Assembly (NCBI GenBank): GCA_963744145.1
Contig: CAVUSO010000001.1
Span: 7,424,001-7,488,000, forward strand
Reading direction: 5' to 3'
Length of the DNA: 64,000 bases
Origin: an uncultured cyanobacterium
GTDB taxonomy: Bacteria; Cyanobacteriota; Cyanobacteriia; Cyanobacteriales; CAWUOF01
Shown: one piece after another, positions 52,422 through 64,000 of the stretch
Layout: each line of letters opens with the position of its first letter
Position numbering within the stretch: the first letter of the stretch is position 1
The notes under the pieces: model-generated
Seen by the model: only the letters and a program-made list of their open reading frames with translations
What the model was told of the DNA's origin: nothing
Database searches by the model: none
Program-made: the position numbers and the translations under genes

Positions 52422-52778
52422 CTAACCAACTAGAACGGTTTCGACTGAATCTGTGTCAAGGTTTTTTTTCTGAAAATTTGTGTTCATCTGAATCTGTAAC
52501 TTTGGACCGGAACGAGCTAACCTGACTACTGTCCCATTCTCCACCGATACTTCCCTGATCCGTTGATCAGCTAAATAAGTACCATTAGTACCTAAATTGA
52601 TGATTTTCCATTTACAACCAATTTGCTGGATCTCTAGATGATACCGCGATACTACGGCACTGTAGAGAATTACATCGTTATCGGGCGATCGCCCAATTTT
52701 AATCACTGGTTTTTGCTCAAAAGTCCAACTTTGAGCCGGTAGATTTGTGAGTGGATGCACCAATGTCAGAGTTATCAC
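52422..52778 (-). CDS. FHA domain protein
   Basis: IGRSPDND, VSRYH, GTNGT. Confidence 0.88.
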   Translation of the reverse strand: MITLTLVHPLTNLPAQSWTFEQKPVIKIGRSPDNDVILYSAVVSRYHLEIQQIGCKWKIINLGTNGTYLADQRIREVSVENGTVVRLARSGPKLQIQMNTNFQKKNLDTDSVETVLVG

Positions 52779-52990
52779 TATTTACTCCAGACAACCTAAT
52801 ATAAAACATTATTTTCTATTATGACAAAATATTTATCAATTTCGTTCCTTAAAAAATAAAATATTTTCTCCTTAATTTTGCTCAAAAATCTCTGGAAAAT
52901 AATCTGGTTTATGATATAATTAGACGCTGAATTAAGATAGGGTTTGATGTCGGGTAATTACCCCCGACACCTCTCACCCCCCCAAAGATA

Positions 52991-55066
52991 TTAATCCTCA
53001 ATGATGAGATTAAGCGATCGCCCTAAAAAAGCCCATTTATCGGCTGCTTCTGCGATAATTTTAGTAGTTGGTTTGCCAGCACCATGTCCAGCTTGAGTTT
53101 CAATCCGAATTAAAACTGGTTTTTCCCCACTATGTGCCGATTGTAATGCAGCCGCAAATTTAAAACTATGGGCTGGTACAACTCGATCGTCGTGATCTGC
53201 GGTAGTAATCATTGTGGCTGGATAAGCTGTGTCTGGTTGAAGATTATGTAGCGGTGAATACTGATATAAATTCTGAAAATCTTCAAGATCATCAGGGTTA
53301 CCATATTCAGGTGCCCAAGCCCAACCAATGGTAAACTTATGGAAGCGTAACATATCCATCACACCAACTGCTGGTAAGACTGCGGCAAATAAATCTGGAC
53401 GTTGCACCATACAAGCTCCCACTAATAAACCTCCATTACTACCACCACCAATTGCTAATTTGGTAGATGAAGTATAATGATTAGCAATGAGCCATTCAGC
53501 CGCAGCGATAAAATCATCAAAGACATTCTGTTTCTTTAATTTCATTCCCCCTTGGTGCCACTCTTCACCATATTCTCCACCACCTCGCAAATTGGGAACT
53601 GCATAAATTCCTCCCATTTCCATCCAAGTTAATAAACTCACGGAAAAACTTGGCGTGAGGGAAATATTAAACCCACCATAACCATAAAGATAAGTAGGGT
53701 TATTACCATCTAACCGCAGTCCTTTTTTAAAGGTAATAAACATCGGTACTAAAGTGTTATCCTTACTCCGATAAAAAACTTGCTGAGTCGCATAATCCTC
53801 TGGATTAAAGTCAACTTTTGGCTGACGGAATAAACTACTTTCTCCCGTAATCATATTATAACGATAGATGGTAGCTGGTGTGGTAAATCCGGTAAAACTA
53901 TAAAAAGTTTCGGTGTCAGAACGTTTACCAGAAAAACCTCCCGCTGAACCAATTCCTGGTAAAATTACTTCCCGGATGAAAGTACCATCTAGGTTAAATA
54001 TTTTTATTTCAGTATGGGCATCTTTAAGATAATCAACGACAAATTGATGATTAAGTATGCCCACATCTTCTAAAACTTCTTCAGTTTCAGGAATAATTTC
54101 TTGCCACTGTTCCGGTGCTGGATTTTTAGTATCGATCGCAATGACTCGACCTCTTGGTGCATTTAAGTCAGTCTGAAACCAAAAAACTGAGCCTTCATTA
54201 TCGATAAAATTATAACGCGCGGCAAACTCATTAATTAGTTCAATTACTGGTGAGTTGCGATCGGTTAAATCTTGATAAAAAACCAGATTTTTGGGAGCAG
54301 TTCCTTGCCACACGGAGATAATTAAATATTTGCCATCTTCTGTGACACTACCATTAAATCCCCATTCTTTTTGATCCGGACGATGATAGATTAGGACATC
54401 TTCTGATTGAGGAGTACCTAAACGATGATAGAACAATTTTTGAAAGTAATTAACTTCTTCTAATTTAGTTTCTGGTTTTGGTTCATCATAGCGACTGTAA
54501 AAAAAACCTTCGTGATCGTGACTCCAAGATGCTCCAGAAAACTTGATCCAATTTAAGCGATCGCTAAAATCTTCACCAGTTTCAATATTACGGACTTTCC
54601 ATTCTTGCCAATCTGATCCAGCCGTAGAAAGTCCGTAAGCAAGTAATTCTCCATTTTCACTAATCGCAAATCCTGAGAGAGCTACTGTACCATCTGGTGA
54701 TAAAGTATTCGGGTCAAGTAAGAGTCTCGGTTCCCCATCTAAAGTAGTCAAAGTATATAACACACTTTGGTTTTGTAGTCCATCATTTTTAAAATAAAAA
54801 TAACGATTACCTTTTTTAAAGGGAATACTATATTTTTCATAGTCCCATAATTGAGTCAGACGTTGTTTAATTTTTTCCCGGCTCGGGATTTCTTCGAGAT
54901 ACTTAAAAGTTAATTGGTTTTGTGTTGTTACCCAAGCTTTCGTTTCCTCAGAATCTGGATCTTCTAACCATCGATAAGGATCGGCAATTAAAGTACCATG
55001 ATAGTCGTCAACTTGGTCAACTTTGCGGCTGATTGGATATTGCAGAGATTTTTCGTTAGATGTCAT
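52991..55066 (-). CDS. Prolyl oligopeptidase (S9A)
   Basis: ADPYRWLED, GGSNGG, DDRVVP, AGHG. Confidence 0.95.
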   Translation of the reverse strand: MTSNEKSLQYPISRKVDQVDDYHGTLIADPYRWLEDPDSEETKAWVTTQNQLTFKYLEEIPSREKIKQRLTQLWDYEKYSIPFKKGNRYFYFKNDGLQNQSVLYTLTTLDGEPRLLLDPNTLSPDGTVALSGFAISENGELLAYGLSTAGSDWQEWKVRNIETGEDFSDRLNWIKFSGASWSHDHEGFFYSRYDEPKPETKLEEVNYFQKLFYHRLGTPQSEDVLIYHRPDQKEWGFNGSVTEDGKYLIISVWQGTAPKNLVFYQDLTDRNSPVIELINEFAARYNFIDNEGSVFWFQTDLNAPRGRVIAIDTKNPAPEQWQEIIPETEEVLEDVGILNHQFVVDYLKDAHTEIKIFNLDGTFIREVILPGIGSAGGFSGKRSDTETFYSFTGFTTPATIYRYNMITGESSLFRQPKVDFNPEDYATQQVFYRSKDNTLVPMFITFKKGLRLDGNNPTYLYGYGGFNISLTPSFSVSLLTWMEMGGIYAVPNLRGGGEYGEEWHQGGMKLKKQNVFDDFIAAAEWLIANHYTSSTKLAIGGGSNGGLLVGACMVQRPDLFAAVLPAVGVMDMLRFHKFTIGWAWAPEYGNPDDLEDFQNLYQYSPLHNLQPDTAYPATMITTADHDDRVVPAHSFKFAAALQSAHSGEKPVLIRIETQAGHGAGKPTTKIIAEAADKWAFLGRSLNLIIED

Positions 55067-55104
55067 AAACTCAGATAGTAAGCGACATCTTTTAGTTTAA
55101 CCTT

Positions 55105-55914
55105 TTAAAACCCTAAAAGTTTCACAACTCCAATCCCACCAAAATATAACCCTAATGCAGCACCTGCGAATAGACTTTGAGTTAAAGGGTCAGTCGAAGG
55201 AGTCAGGATCGCACCTAAAACAGCAGCACCTAAAATCACAAACCGCCAACTAGCAATCATAATTTTTGACGAAACAATCCCCACCAGACTTAATAAAATT
55301 TGAATCACTGGAATTTGAAAAGATAAACCAGTTACAAATAACAGCATTAACACAAATTCAAAATATTTCTCAATCGACCAAGCTTGTTCAACTACATCTT
55401 TTCCATAGCTAATCAAAAAACTAAGAGCCGCAGGAATTAATAACCAATAGGCAAAAAATAGCCCAGCTATAAATAAGATACTCGAACCAAAAACAATCGG
55501 AGTAACTAAGCGACGTTCTTTAATAGTTAATCCTGGGAGAACAAAACGAACAATTTGATAGATGATTACCGGACTAGCTAATAGTAAACCACTATAACCC
55601 GCAACTTTAATCGTTACAAAAAAGTATTCTCCTGGAGTCAATTGGAGAAATTTTACTCCTCGGGCTGGTATTTCTAATAACTTCACCAAGGGTTTAGCTA
55701 TAAAAAAACAACCAATTATGCTAACCACAATAGCAATTAAAGAGTAAAAAATTCGCCGTCGCAACTCATCTAAATGGTCAAAGATGGACATTTCCACGTC
55801 ATCGGGTAACTCGTCGTCGGGATCTTCATCGGTAATTTTTCCGTTTAGACTTACTAAGGTGGAAGTTTCTGATGGGTCAGGAAAATTGGTCTCCCTTTCT
55901 GATGGAAGCGTCAT
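55105..55914 (-). CDS. tatC: Twin-arginine translocase subunit TatC
   Basis: [26 protein letters not shown]. Confidence 0.95.
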   Translation of the reverse strand: MTLPSERETNFPDPSETSTLVSLNGKITDEDPDDELPDDVEMSIFDHLDELRRRIFYSLIAIVVSIIGCFFIAKPLVKLLEIPARGVKFLQLTPGEYFFVTIKVAGYSGLLLASPVIIYQIVRFVLPGLTIKERRLVTPIVFGSSILFIAGLFFAYWLLIPAALSFLISYGKDVVEQAWSIEKYFEFVLMLLFVTGLSFQIPVIQILLSLVGIVSSKIMIASWRFVILGAAVLGAILTPSTDPLTQSLFAGAALGLYFGGIGVVKLLGF

Positions 55915-55945
55915 GGTTTAGCCACAATCCTAGTTTTTTCTCTAT

Positions 55946-56072
55946 TAGACCTCTTGCAAAAGTCATGTTGATCAATTTACTGGCTGGACAGGCAAGATGC
56001 CTGTCCCACAACCAAAAAAACTCTTGTGGGACAGGCATCTTGCCTGTCCTAGTTATTTTTGCAAGAACTCTA
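55946..56072. repeat. MITE-like palindromic element
   Basis: TAGACCTCTTGCAAAA...TTTTGCAAGAACTCTA ends enclosing two inverted GGACAGGCAAGATGCCTGTCC hairpins; a related hairpin lies at 14931-14956. Confidence 0.7.
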
Positions 56073-56087
56073 TTGTATCTAATCATG

Positions 56088-59075
56088 TTACCGAGAAAGT
56101 AGACTGGTTTGGAGAGTGCTGAGTAACTCCTTATCTAAATAAGGTTTCGTTAAATACTCCGTTGCTCCTAATTGTTTGGCCAATTGGCGATATTTTTCAC
56201 TGCGACGGGATGTTAAAATAATTACTGGTAATTTAGACTCAGAAAATTCTTTCCGACAACGAGTCAAAAACTCAAAACCTGTCATTTTTGGCATTTCCAA
56301 ATCAGAAATGACTGCTTTGATGGTAGGATCTTGACGCAGTTTTTCTAAAGCTTCTCCACCATGTTTAGCTTGAACGACTCGATAACCCCCTTTACCCAAA
56401 CTCACGGACAGGGTATGTCTCATGGTGAGGGAATCATCAATGACTAGAATCGTTGGGACTGATGTAGATTTGACATCTGCTCTGACTGGTGTTGAGGATT
56501 TAGCTGTCACTGAACCTGAAGTGGGTAGTTGTAACCATCGCGCAACTAACGCTTGACCATCAATTACCGGGACTAAACGACCATCACCCAAAATTGTACA
56601 ACCACATAGATAAGTTGGTGCTGTAATCGTTTCTCCAAAAGGTTTGATCACTAGGTTTTGTTCCATCAAAATTTGATCGATCTTGAGGGCGATAATTTGG
56701 GAACCCTGAGATATTAATAGGAGGGAAACTTTTCCTGATGGTTGACTAGAACGATTGACCGATAGCTTGCTAGCTTCTGCTGTGGGTGGATAATGATAAG
56801 CAAATAGTAAAGCTGATGGGTAGAGTGGAACCCGTTGATTTTGCCATAAGTAATATTCTCGTCCTTGTCGAGTTTCTATTTGCTGGATTGGTGCTGATGC
56901 GATCGCAACTAAGGTATCCACTGGAATTGCTAAAACATTCCCCTCCACACTGAATACCAACAATTTCGTAATTGTCAAAGTCCAAGGTAAACGTAAGATA
57001 AATGTGGTTCCTTTTCCTGGTTCCGAAGTTAGGGTAATTGAACCTTTTAAAGCATCTATTTGTAATCGTACTGCTTCTAAACCCATCCCCCGTCCTGAAA
57101 GTTCACTCACTTTATCCGCAGTGGTAAACCCAGGAGCAAACAAATATTCATACAAACTACTATTAGAGACCATCGCTGCTTCCGATGGAGAAAGTAAATT
57201 CTTAGAAACAGCCGAAAGACGAATTTTTTGGGGATCAATTCCTTGACCATCATCTTTGATTTCTACATAAGTATAGTTTCCTTGATGATAAGCATGAATT
57301 GTAATAATTCCTTGAGCAGGTTTACCCTGAGATTTTCTAATTTCTGGTGGTTCAATTCCATGATCAAAAGCATTACGAACTAAGTGAACTAAAGGATCAT
57401 AGAGTTTTTCTAAAACTGCTTTATCAATCAGTGTGGTAGTACCAATTAGTTCTAAAGTAACTTGTTTATTTTCTTTAGCAGCTAAATCGCGCACCATGCG
57501 GGGAAATCGATTTAATAAATCCCCTACAGGTAACATTCGCGCTCGTAAAAGATTATTTTGAACTTGTTTGAGAGTTTGTTGTCTTTTTTTTAGAATTTGT
57601 TGACTTTGCTGGTTAATCAGCGACATATCTTGAATTGCTTCTGACAGTTGCACCACTTCTTCTACTACTGCTTCCATCAAAAATTGTAAATGTTTATAGG
57701 ATTGAGCAGAAGTAGTATTATTCATACCATAGCTGCTATCAGTTGGGGTAAATTCTGTCTGAAACTTTGGTTCTAATGCGGTCTTTTTTTGTTCTTCCGA
57801 TGCTTTTTTATAAGCATATTCACTCATCCCTCGATTAGCCCAGTTTTGCATTTGTCGAGTTAATTTATTTAGACGGTTATACCATTGATTTAAAGCTTCT
57901 AAGGTTTCTTTATTTTGTTGATTTTGCAATAAAAAGCTATTTTCCTGAGTAACTAATTCCCCGACTAGATTATTAATTAAATCTAAACGCGATAAGTCTA
58001 CCCGTACTCCCATAGCTAGAGTCCCTGTAGATAAACTAGCAGCTTTGGGATCTGGTACTAAGGGGGATATTTGTTGAGTAATATTTTTATTGATTTCTCT
58101 GACTATTTCTTGTTCGATCGGTTCCGGTAAAGGTTCTAGAACTGGAGCTTGATTACCATTGGTAGGTTGTGGTACTTTTGGTAAACTTTGAGCAGTCGAT
58201 TGAGCTGGGGGAGAAGATTTTTGGGGTATGGGAGTTTTAGTAATTGTTTGAGGGGAAGAATTTAGTTGTTGTGGGGTGACTTTATGCGCTTTTCTTTCCG
58301 ATAGTTGAATTAACTGAGTCGAGGGATTAATTTCCAATTCTCGATCGCCATTTAATACCGCTTTTTGAGCTTTACTAAAATCAGCAAATGCAATTTTACC
58401 GATCGCTTTGACAAACTCAGGATTTAATTCTAAAGCTTTAATTGTCCTTTGAGCGATCGCTACAAATCCAGCTAAATTAAGTAATTCTCCTAAACTAGCA
58501 AATACTTCAGTTTGAGACTTTAATTCTTCGATCATTTCTGTGGGTGAAGAATTAGTCAAAATATGTTCCCACCGTTTGAGTCCTTGGACTACTTCTTCCG
58601 CAAACAAAAATTGCGTAATATCAGCTTCCATTTCAACTTCGGGCATTTCATTCTCATATTCTTCTTCTAAAGAATGCCCTAATTTTTGTTCTAATTGAGC
58701 AAACACTAACTTAGCTTTTGCTTCCGCATTACCTTCATCATAAAATCCCGTTTCAATTTGGGAAATTAAAGGCGATCGCAAACAATCATAAGCTTTTAAA
58801 AACAATTCTTCTGTTTCTAAATCAATATTTTCTTCTCGATAAAGTGCCCTAAATCCATTTTCTAACTGATGTGCTAAAGTCTGAATTCCCATTAAACCCA
58901 CACAAGCAGCTCCTCCTTTAATTGAATGAGCAGCTCGCATCAAAGTATGAATTTTTGTCTGATTATGTTCTTCTCTTAAATTTAACAATCCTACTTCTAA
59001 ACGTTGTAATAGCTCTACAGTTTCTTGGACAAAAAACTGATAAGTTTGATCATTAGTGTCAATTTCGGTATTCAT
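56088..59075 (-). CDS. CheA-like hybrid histidine kinase (Hpt-HATPase-CheW-REC), PixL-like
   Basis: RAAHSIKG, HLVRNAFDHG, DDGQG, SGRGMG, C-terminal receiver. Confidence 0.92.
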   Translation of the reverse strand: MNTEIDTNDQTYQFFVQETVELLQRLEVGLLNLREEHNQTKIHTLMRAAHSIKGGAACVGLMGIQTLAHQLENGFRALYREENIDLETEELFLKAYDCLRSPLISQIETGFYDEGNAEAKAKLVFAQLEQKLGHSLEEEYENEMPEVEMEADITQFLFAEEVVQGLKRWEHILTNSSPTEMIEELKSQTEVFASLGELLNLAGFVAIAQRTIKALELNPEFVKAIGKIAFADFSKAQKAVLNGDRELEINPSTQLIQLSERKAHKVTPQQLNSSPQTITKTPIPQKSSPPAQSTAQSLPKVPQPTNGNQAPVLEPLPEPIEQEIVREINKNITQQISPLVPDPKAASLSTGTLAMGVRVDLSRLDLINNLVGELVTQENSFLLQNQQNKETLEALNQWYNRLNKLTRQMQNWANRGMSEYAYKKASEEQKKTALEPKFQTEFTPTDSSYGMNNTTSAQSYKHLQFLMEAVVEEVVQLSEAIQDMSLINQQSQQILKKRQQTLKQVQNNLLRARMLPVGDLLNRFPRMVRDLAAKENKQVTLELIGTTTLIDKAVLEKLYDPLVHLVRNAFDHGIEPPEIRKSQGKPAQGIITIHAYHQGNYTYVEIKDDGQGIDPQKIRLSAVSKNLLSPSEAAMVSNSSLYEYLFAPGFTTADKVSELSGRGMGLEAVRLQIDALKGSITLTSEPGKGTTFILRLPWTLTITKLLVFSVEGNVLAIPVDTLVAIASAPIQQIETRQGREYYLWQNQRVPLYPSALLFAYHYPPTAEASKLSVNRSSQPSGKVSLLLISQGSQIIALKIDQILMEQNLVIKPFGETITAPTYLCGCTILGDGRLVPVIDGQALVARWLQLPTSGSVTAKSSTPVRADVKSTSVPTILVIDDSLTMRHTLSVSLGKGGYRVVQAKHGGEALEKLRQDPTIKAVISDLEMPKMTGFEFLTRCRKEFSESKLPVIILTSRRSEKYRQLAKQLGATEYLTKPYLDKELLSTLQTSLLSR

Positions 59076-59123
59076 ATATTTAATTAGGGATCAGAAATTA
59101 GAGTTAATATCGTTTAGTAAAAA

Positions 59124-59250
59124 GACCTCTCTCCCAACCCCTCTCCTAAAAGGAAGGGGAGCAAAATGACTCCAATTAAATCTCTCATCAATTTAATCAT
59201 CTTCATTACTCCCCCTTCCCTCCTAGGGAAGGGGGTTGGGGGGTTAGGTC
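59124..59250. repeat. Intergenic inverted repeat with two GC-rich hairpins
   Basis: GACCTCTCTCCCAACCCCTCTCC...GGGAAGGGGGTTGGGGGGTTAGGTC. Confidence 0.6.
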
Positions 59251-59352
59251 GATCTTGCAAGAATCGATCGTGAAACAGCCGTGCTTTTTAATGGGGTTGG
59301 AGGGATCAAATTCTCTCCATCCTCATCAAAAATTGGGATAACACCTAACAAA

Positions 59353-62300
59353 TTACTTTGCCCGGAACTGCGCTACACTTTCTTGCAATTGTTGAGCAAC
59401 TCCTAGTAACTTCGTAAACGAATCAGCTACATCAACAGATTGCTCAGAAGTTTTGTTCGCGATCGTCGCTACTTCTTGCATGGTCTGACTTACGGATGCA
59501 GATGTTTGGACCTGTGCTGCTGCGGATTTAGCCATTGCTTCCACTAAGGTCCGGATTTGGGCACTTACCGTTCCAATCGACATCAATTTAGTTCTAGTCT
59601 CTTCTACTAAGTGGGTTCCGGTCAACACTTGGTCCATTCCAGCTTCCATTGCTGATACTACTTCATTGGTTTCTGTTTGGATTTCCTCAACTATTTGTTC
59701 AATTTCCTTAGTCGCGGTAGCTGACTGTTCTGCTAAAGTCCGGACTTCTTCAGCAACTAGTGCAAAACCTTGATCCTCTTCCCCAGCTCGAGTAGCTTTA
59801 ACAGAAGCATTTAAAGCTAAAACGTTGGTTTGATTGGCAAAATCACTAATCAAACTTACCACCCGGGAGATTTTCTGAGAAGCTTCACCTAAGTGTTTAA
59901 CTTTCATTGCCGCTTCTTCAACTGTTTGCTGGATTGCGACAATCCCAGCTACAGTCCGGTTCATTGCTTCATCTCCAGCTTGAATGGTTTGATTAGCTTG
60001 TTGTACTTTTAGTTTTGCTTGTCCAGCATTAGTAGCAACACTTTGAATCGAATCTACCATTCCTTGAATCTGAGCTAAAGCAGCTTTAATCGCATCTGCT
60101 TGACGTTGAGCTTCAGTCGATAAAGTTTTGACATCTTTTTCACTACCTTGAGCGGTTTTGGTTGCTTCCACAGCTCCCGCTTGAACTTGAAGCACAATTT
60201 GCTGTAAGTTTTCAATCATGGCATTGAAAAAGTCAGCTACTGTTCCCATTTCTCCTACTGATACTTTAGCGCGAACGGTTAAGTCCCCACTAAAGGATTC
60301 TTCGATGTTGTCCAGAAATTCGCTGATCTGTTCTTGCAGTTCTTCTTTTTGTTGACGTTGTTGGGATGCTACTGTTTCCGCTTCTTGACGTGCTTGTTCT
60401 AGTTCTTCTAAGACAAATGCTTGGTCAAGCGCATATCCCATTTGAATTGCTACTTGTTTGAATAGTTCAATTTCCCAATCTTGCCAGTTCCGGGTACTAG
60501 TACATTGATGAACCCCGAGTAAGCCAAATAATTTTTGATTCGCTAAAATTGGGGCACAAATGTTGGCTTTCACTTCCCAAGTATTTAATTGTTGCAAGTG
60601 ACAGTCGCTTAAACCTGCTTTAGTTACATCAGCAAGTGCTTTCACCCGACCTTTTTCGTAGGGTTCGACATAATCTGCGGGAAAACCTTCTTCTTCGGTT
60701 GTACCTAAAATTGGTTTACAACCGGGATTGAGGGCTTCGGCACAAATGTCTCCTTCCCATTTCGGTCCTAAACGATATACTACTACTCGATCGGCGTGCA
60801 TGGCTTTGCGGCATTCTTCCACTGCCACATTAAATATGCGTTGGGTTTTTAGAGATTCCCGGATTCTGGCGGTAATTTCGTTTAATAATTGAGCTTGTTT
60901 GACTGCTGCTTGTTGTTTTTCCAACAAAATCGCTTGGTCGATCGCAAATCCGACTTGGATTGCTACTTGTTTGAAAAAGTCAATATCTGTCTCTTGCCAA
61001 TTTCTTGGTCCAGAACACTGATGGGCAATCAGTAACCCATAAAGTTGTTGGTTGGAGATAATTGGTGCTACTAATTGGGCTTTGATCTCATATGCTTCTA
61101 ATTCGCCAATATGTGGGGGTGTTAAATCTGCTTCCCGGAGGTTGGCGATCGCACTGATCCGTCCTTTTTGATATTGTTTGGCTGATCTTTCTGATAAGCA
61201 ACAATGACCTGAGATGACTACTCCTAAACAGGGTTTATAAGCTACTGATACTGCTTCGGAGATAATTTTCCCTTCTTTTTCTTCATTGAACTGACATACT
61301 ACTACTCGCTCAACTTGTAAGATTCTTGAGCGTCTTCAACCGCTGCGGTAAAAATATCTTCTGGTTTGAGGGATTGACGAATATGAGAGGTAATTTCGTT
61401 TAATCGTTGGGCTTGTTTAACGGCTGCTTGTTGTTTTTCCAGCAAGATTGCTTGGTCAATGGCAAATCCGACTTGGATTGCTACTTGTTTGAAAAAGTCA
61501 ATGTCTGTCTCTTCCCAATGTCGTGGTCCGGAACACTGATGGGCAATCAGTAACCCATAAAGTTGTTGGTTGGCAATAATTGGTGCTACTAGTTGAGCTT
61601 TGATCTGATATGCTTCTAATTCGGCAATATGTTGGAGTGTTAGCCCTGCTTCCCGGAGGTTAGCGATCGCACTGATCCGTCCTTTTTGATATTGTTTGGC
61701 TGATCTTTCCTGTACGCAACAATTACCTGGAATGACTACTCCTAAACAGGATTTATAGGCCCCTGATACTGCTTCGGAGATAATTTTTCCTTCTCTTTCT
61801 TCATTTAGCTGACATACTACTACTCGCTCAACCTGTAATATTTCTTGAGCATCTTCGACCGCTGTGCCAAAAATATCTTTGGGATTGAGTGATTCGCGAA
61901 TTCTCGAAGTAATCTGATTTAATAGCTGGGCTCGTTGGGCGGTCGCTTGTTGTTTTTCTAAAACTATGGCTTGATCAAGGGCAAATCCGATTTGAACACC
62001 GACTTGTTTGAAAAATTCGATTTCTGATTCTTGCCATTGTCTGGTCTGATCGCACTGATGACCAATTAATAACCCGTAGAGTTTTTGATTGACCAGAATT
62101 GGTGCTACTATGCTAGCTTTGACTTGATAGGGTTCTAGTTGTTGAAGATAACACTCGGTTAAATCTGCTTCGTGGATATTGGCGATCGCTTGAACTCTTC
62201 CTCTTTGATAAGCTTTGATGTAACGGTCTTTAAAGCAAGGATCGGTGATCGTTTTTCCTAAGGTGGCTGTCCATCCTGACCCGACTGCTTCGGCGACGAT

Positions 62301-63260
62301 TGTCCCATTCCAGTTCCCATCAAATTTATAGACGACGGTTCGATCTACTTCGAGAATATCTCGCACATCTTCGACTGCGACGGTAAAAATATCTTCGATG
62401 TTGAGAAATTCCCGAATGTGGGAGGTAACGCTATTTAACCGCTGGGCTAGGTTGGCTGTTTGTGCTTGTTTTTCTAATAAAAATGCTTGATCGATCGCGT
62501 AACCAACTTGAATTGCTAATTGTTTAAATAAGTCTATTTCCCATTCTTGCCAAGTTCTGGGCTGTTCACATTGATGGGCAATCAGTAATCCATGTAGTTT
62601 TTGATTAGCTAAAATTGGTGCTACTAAGTTAGCTTGGACCTGAAAAGTTTCTAATTGGGTGATATGGCATTCGGTTAAACCTTCTTCATAGATGTTCGCG
62701 ATCGCTCTCACTCTCCCTTTTTGGTAAGGTTCTATATAGCGCATCCGAAAACATGGGTCAGTTAATTCTGCCCCTAAGGCGGCTGTCCACCCGGTTCCGA
62801 CTGATTCAGCGACGACTGTACCATCCCAATTTTGATCAAATAGGTATACTACTACTCGATCTGCTCCTAAAACTTCCCGAATATCTTCTACCGCAGTGGT
62901 GAAAATTTTTGCAGGTTGTAAAGTTTCGCGAATATGGGAGGTAATTTCACTTAATATTTGGGCTTGTTCAGCTACAGTTTCTTGTTTGGCTAGTAAATTA
63001 TGCAACTGATCTGTCATCTGATTGATTCCAGTCATTAAGCTTGCTAATTCACTCGCGATCGCTTTTTTTTGAGTTACTGGATAGGATGGTGGTAATGGAC
63101 TATGATTCGGACTAAGATGGGCTTCGCTGATCTGTTCCTCTGGTGCCGATTCTACTCCTGGTGGTAAGGATGGCATTGTTTTGCTTGGAGGTGAGGGAAT
63201 TAACGACGATCTCTGAAAGTCTTTGCGGAAATTACCCGGTTTATAAGGTGTGTGTGTCAT
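59353..63260 (-). CDS. Methyl-accepting protein with five GAF domains (PixJ-like cyanobacteriochrome), split by a -1 frameshift near 61323
   Basis: GAF repeats with DPCF and CH/CY motifs; MCP core QTNVLALNA...GFALVAEEVRTLA; frame restored by one A (GAATC to GAAATC). Confidence 0.85.
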
Positions 63261-63307
63261 TTTTTTTGACTGAATAGTAAAAAAAGTTATTAGTTGGAGA
63301 GAAAAAA

Positions 63308-63790
63308 TTATCCTCTGCGGATTTCTGTACTTTCCTGTCCTAATTGGGGTGTGGTTAGCAATGATTCTATATCTAAAACTAGCAAATTTTCGCCGTTCGG
63401 GTTTTGCCATTCACCAATAATTGCATTACTTAAAACTGGTCTAGTTTTAGTTGAACTAGGTACTTTGATCTGGTTGAGATGACAGCTAATCATCTGACCA
63501 ACTGCAAATATTGCTAAACCTAAAAATTTACCTTTTCCTTGGACGATTAAGATGCTATAATTAGGCTGCCGCCAATCTTGAGCAAATAAAGGCTTAAAGC
63601 CTAATAAATCGCCTAAATCCATCAACCATAAAATTCCTCCTCTCCAATTACAAACCCCCATTACGGCTGGGGGCATATCGGGAATTGGTGCTATTTGACC
63701 AGGAGATAAACTCAGGATTTCTGCTAATTGCTCAGTCGGTAGCATTCCTTGGATCTGGGCAGTGATGGAAAAACTGAGAAAACGTTGCAT
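63308..63790 (-). CDS. CheW-like protein (PixI-like)
   Basis: IAPIPDMPPAVMGVCNWRG. Confidence 0.88.
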   Translation of the reverse strand: MQRFLSFSITAQIQGMLPTEQLAEILSLSPGQIAPIPDMPPAVMGVCNWRGGILWLMDLGDLLGFKPLFAQDWRQPNYSILIVQGKGKFLGLAIFAVGQMISCHLNQIKVPSSTKTRPVLSNAIIGEWQNPNGENLLVLDIESLLTTPQLGQESTEIRRG

Positions 63791-63795
63791 GGAGA

Positions 63796-64000
63796 TTAAC
63801 CTTTGGCAAATTGTCTGATCGTTGCTACTAACTCTTGTTCATCGACCGGTTTAGTTAAATATGCTGATGCACCTTGTTTTATTCCCCAAGCTTTATCGAT
63901 TTTCTCGCTTTTACTAGAGCAAATAATTACGGGAATATCACAAGTTTGTTTACTTTTTTTCAAGTCTCGACACAGCCCAAATCCACTCTGACCAGGTAAG
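63796..64000 (-). CDS. CheY-like response regulator (PixH/PilH-like), 5'-truncated by window edge
   Basis: Manual translation LPGQSGFGLCRDLKK...IPVIICSSK...WGIKQGASAYLTKP...AKG*. Confidence 0.85.
   Translation of the reverse strand, partial: LPGQSGFGLCRDLKKSKQTCDIPVIICSSKSEKIDKAWGIKQGASAYLTKPVDEQELVATIRQFAKG

Overview
Cyanobacterial chromosome segment, probably from a filamentous strain; the HIP1 octamer GCGATCGC is frequent in core genes. Housekeeping and signalling genes include dnaK, cobT, a Crp regulator, pgsA, argZ/agrE, rne-rnhB, lgt, tatC, three K+ channels and a Pix/Che-like taxis cluster. There are three accessory regions. (1) 1.2-5.6 kb: decayed toxin-antitoxin genes, a pair of Toc34/AIG1-like GTPases and a type II R-M pair. 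(2) 25.1-38.8 kb: bracketed by a 907-bp direct repeat, it holds a ~275-bp REP-like tandem array, IS1634, ISL3 and two PP2C-remnant/Ser-Thr kinase-GUN4 genes. (3) 38.9-45 kb: a decaying dpdA/DGQHR/helicase island plus xisHI. The most striking signal is in the five GUN4 domains. They are nearly identical except for a 51-64 nt G/T-rich, length-variable, unalignable segment at the C-terminal tip. That segment is followed by a constant cassette with stop codons in all three frames in terminal copies, or in two frames in internal copies, which read through into the next domain. This suggests targeted, indel-tolerant hypervariation unlike a classical DGR. No reverse transcriptase or template repeat is visible in the window. 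Single-base frameshifts in dnaK and the PixJ-like gene may be assembly errors.
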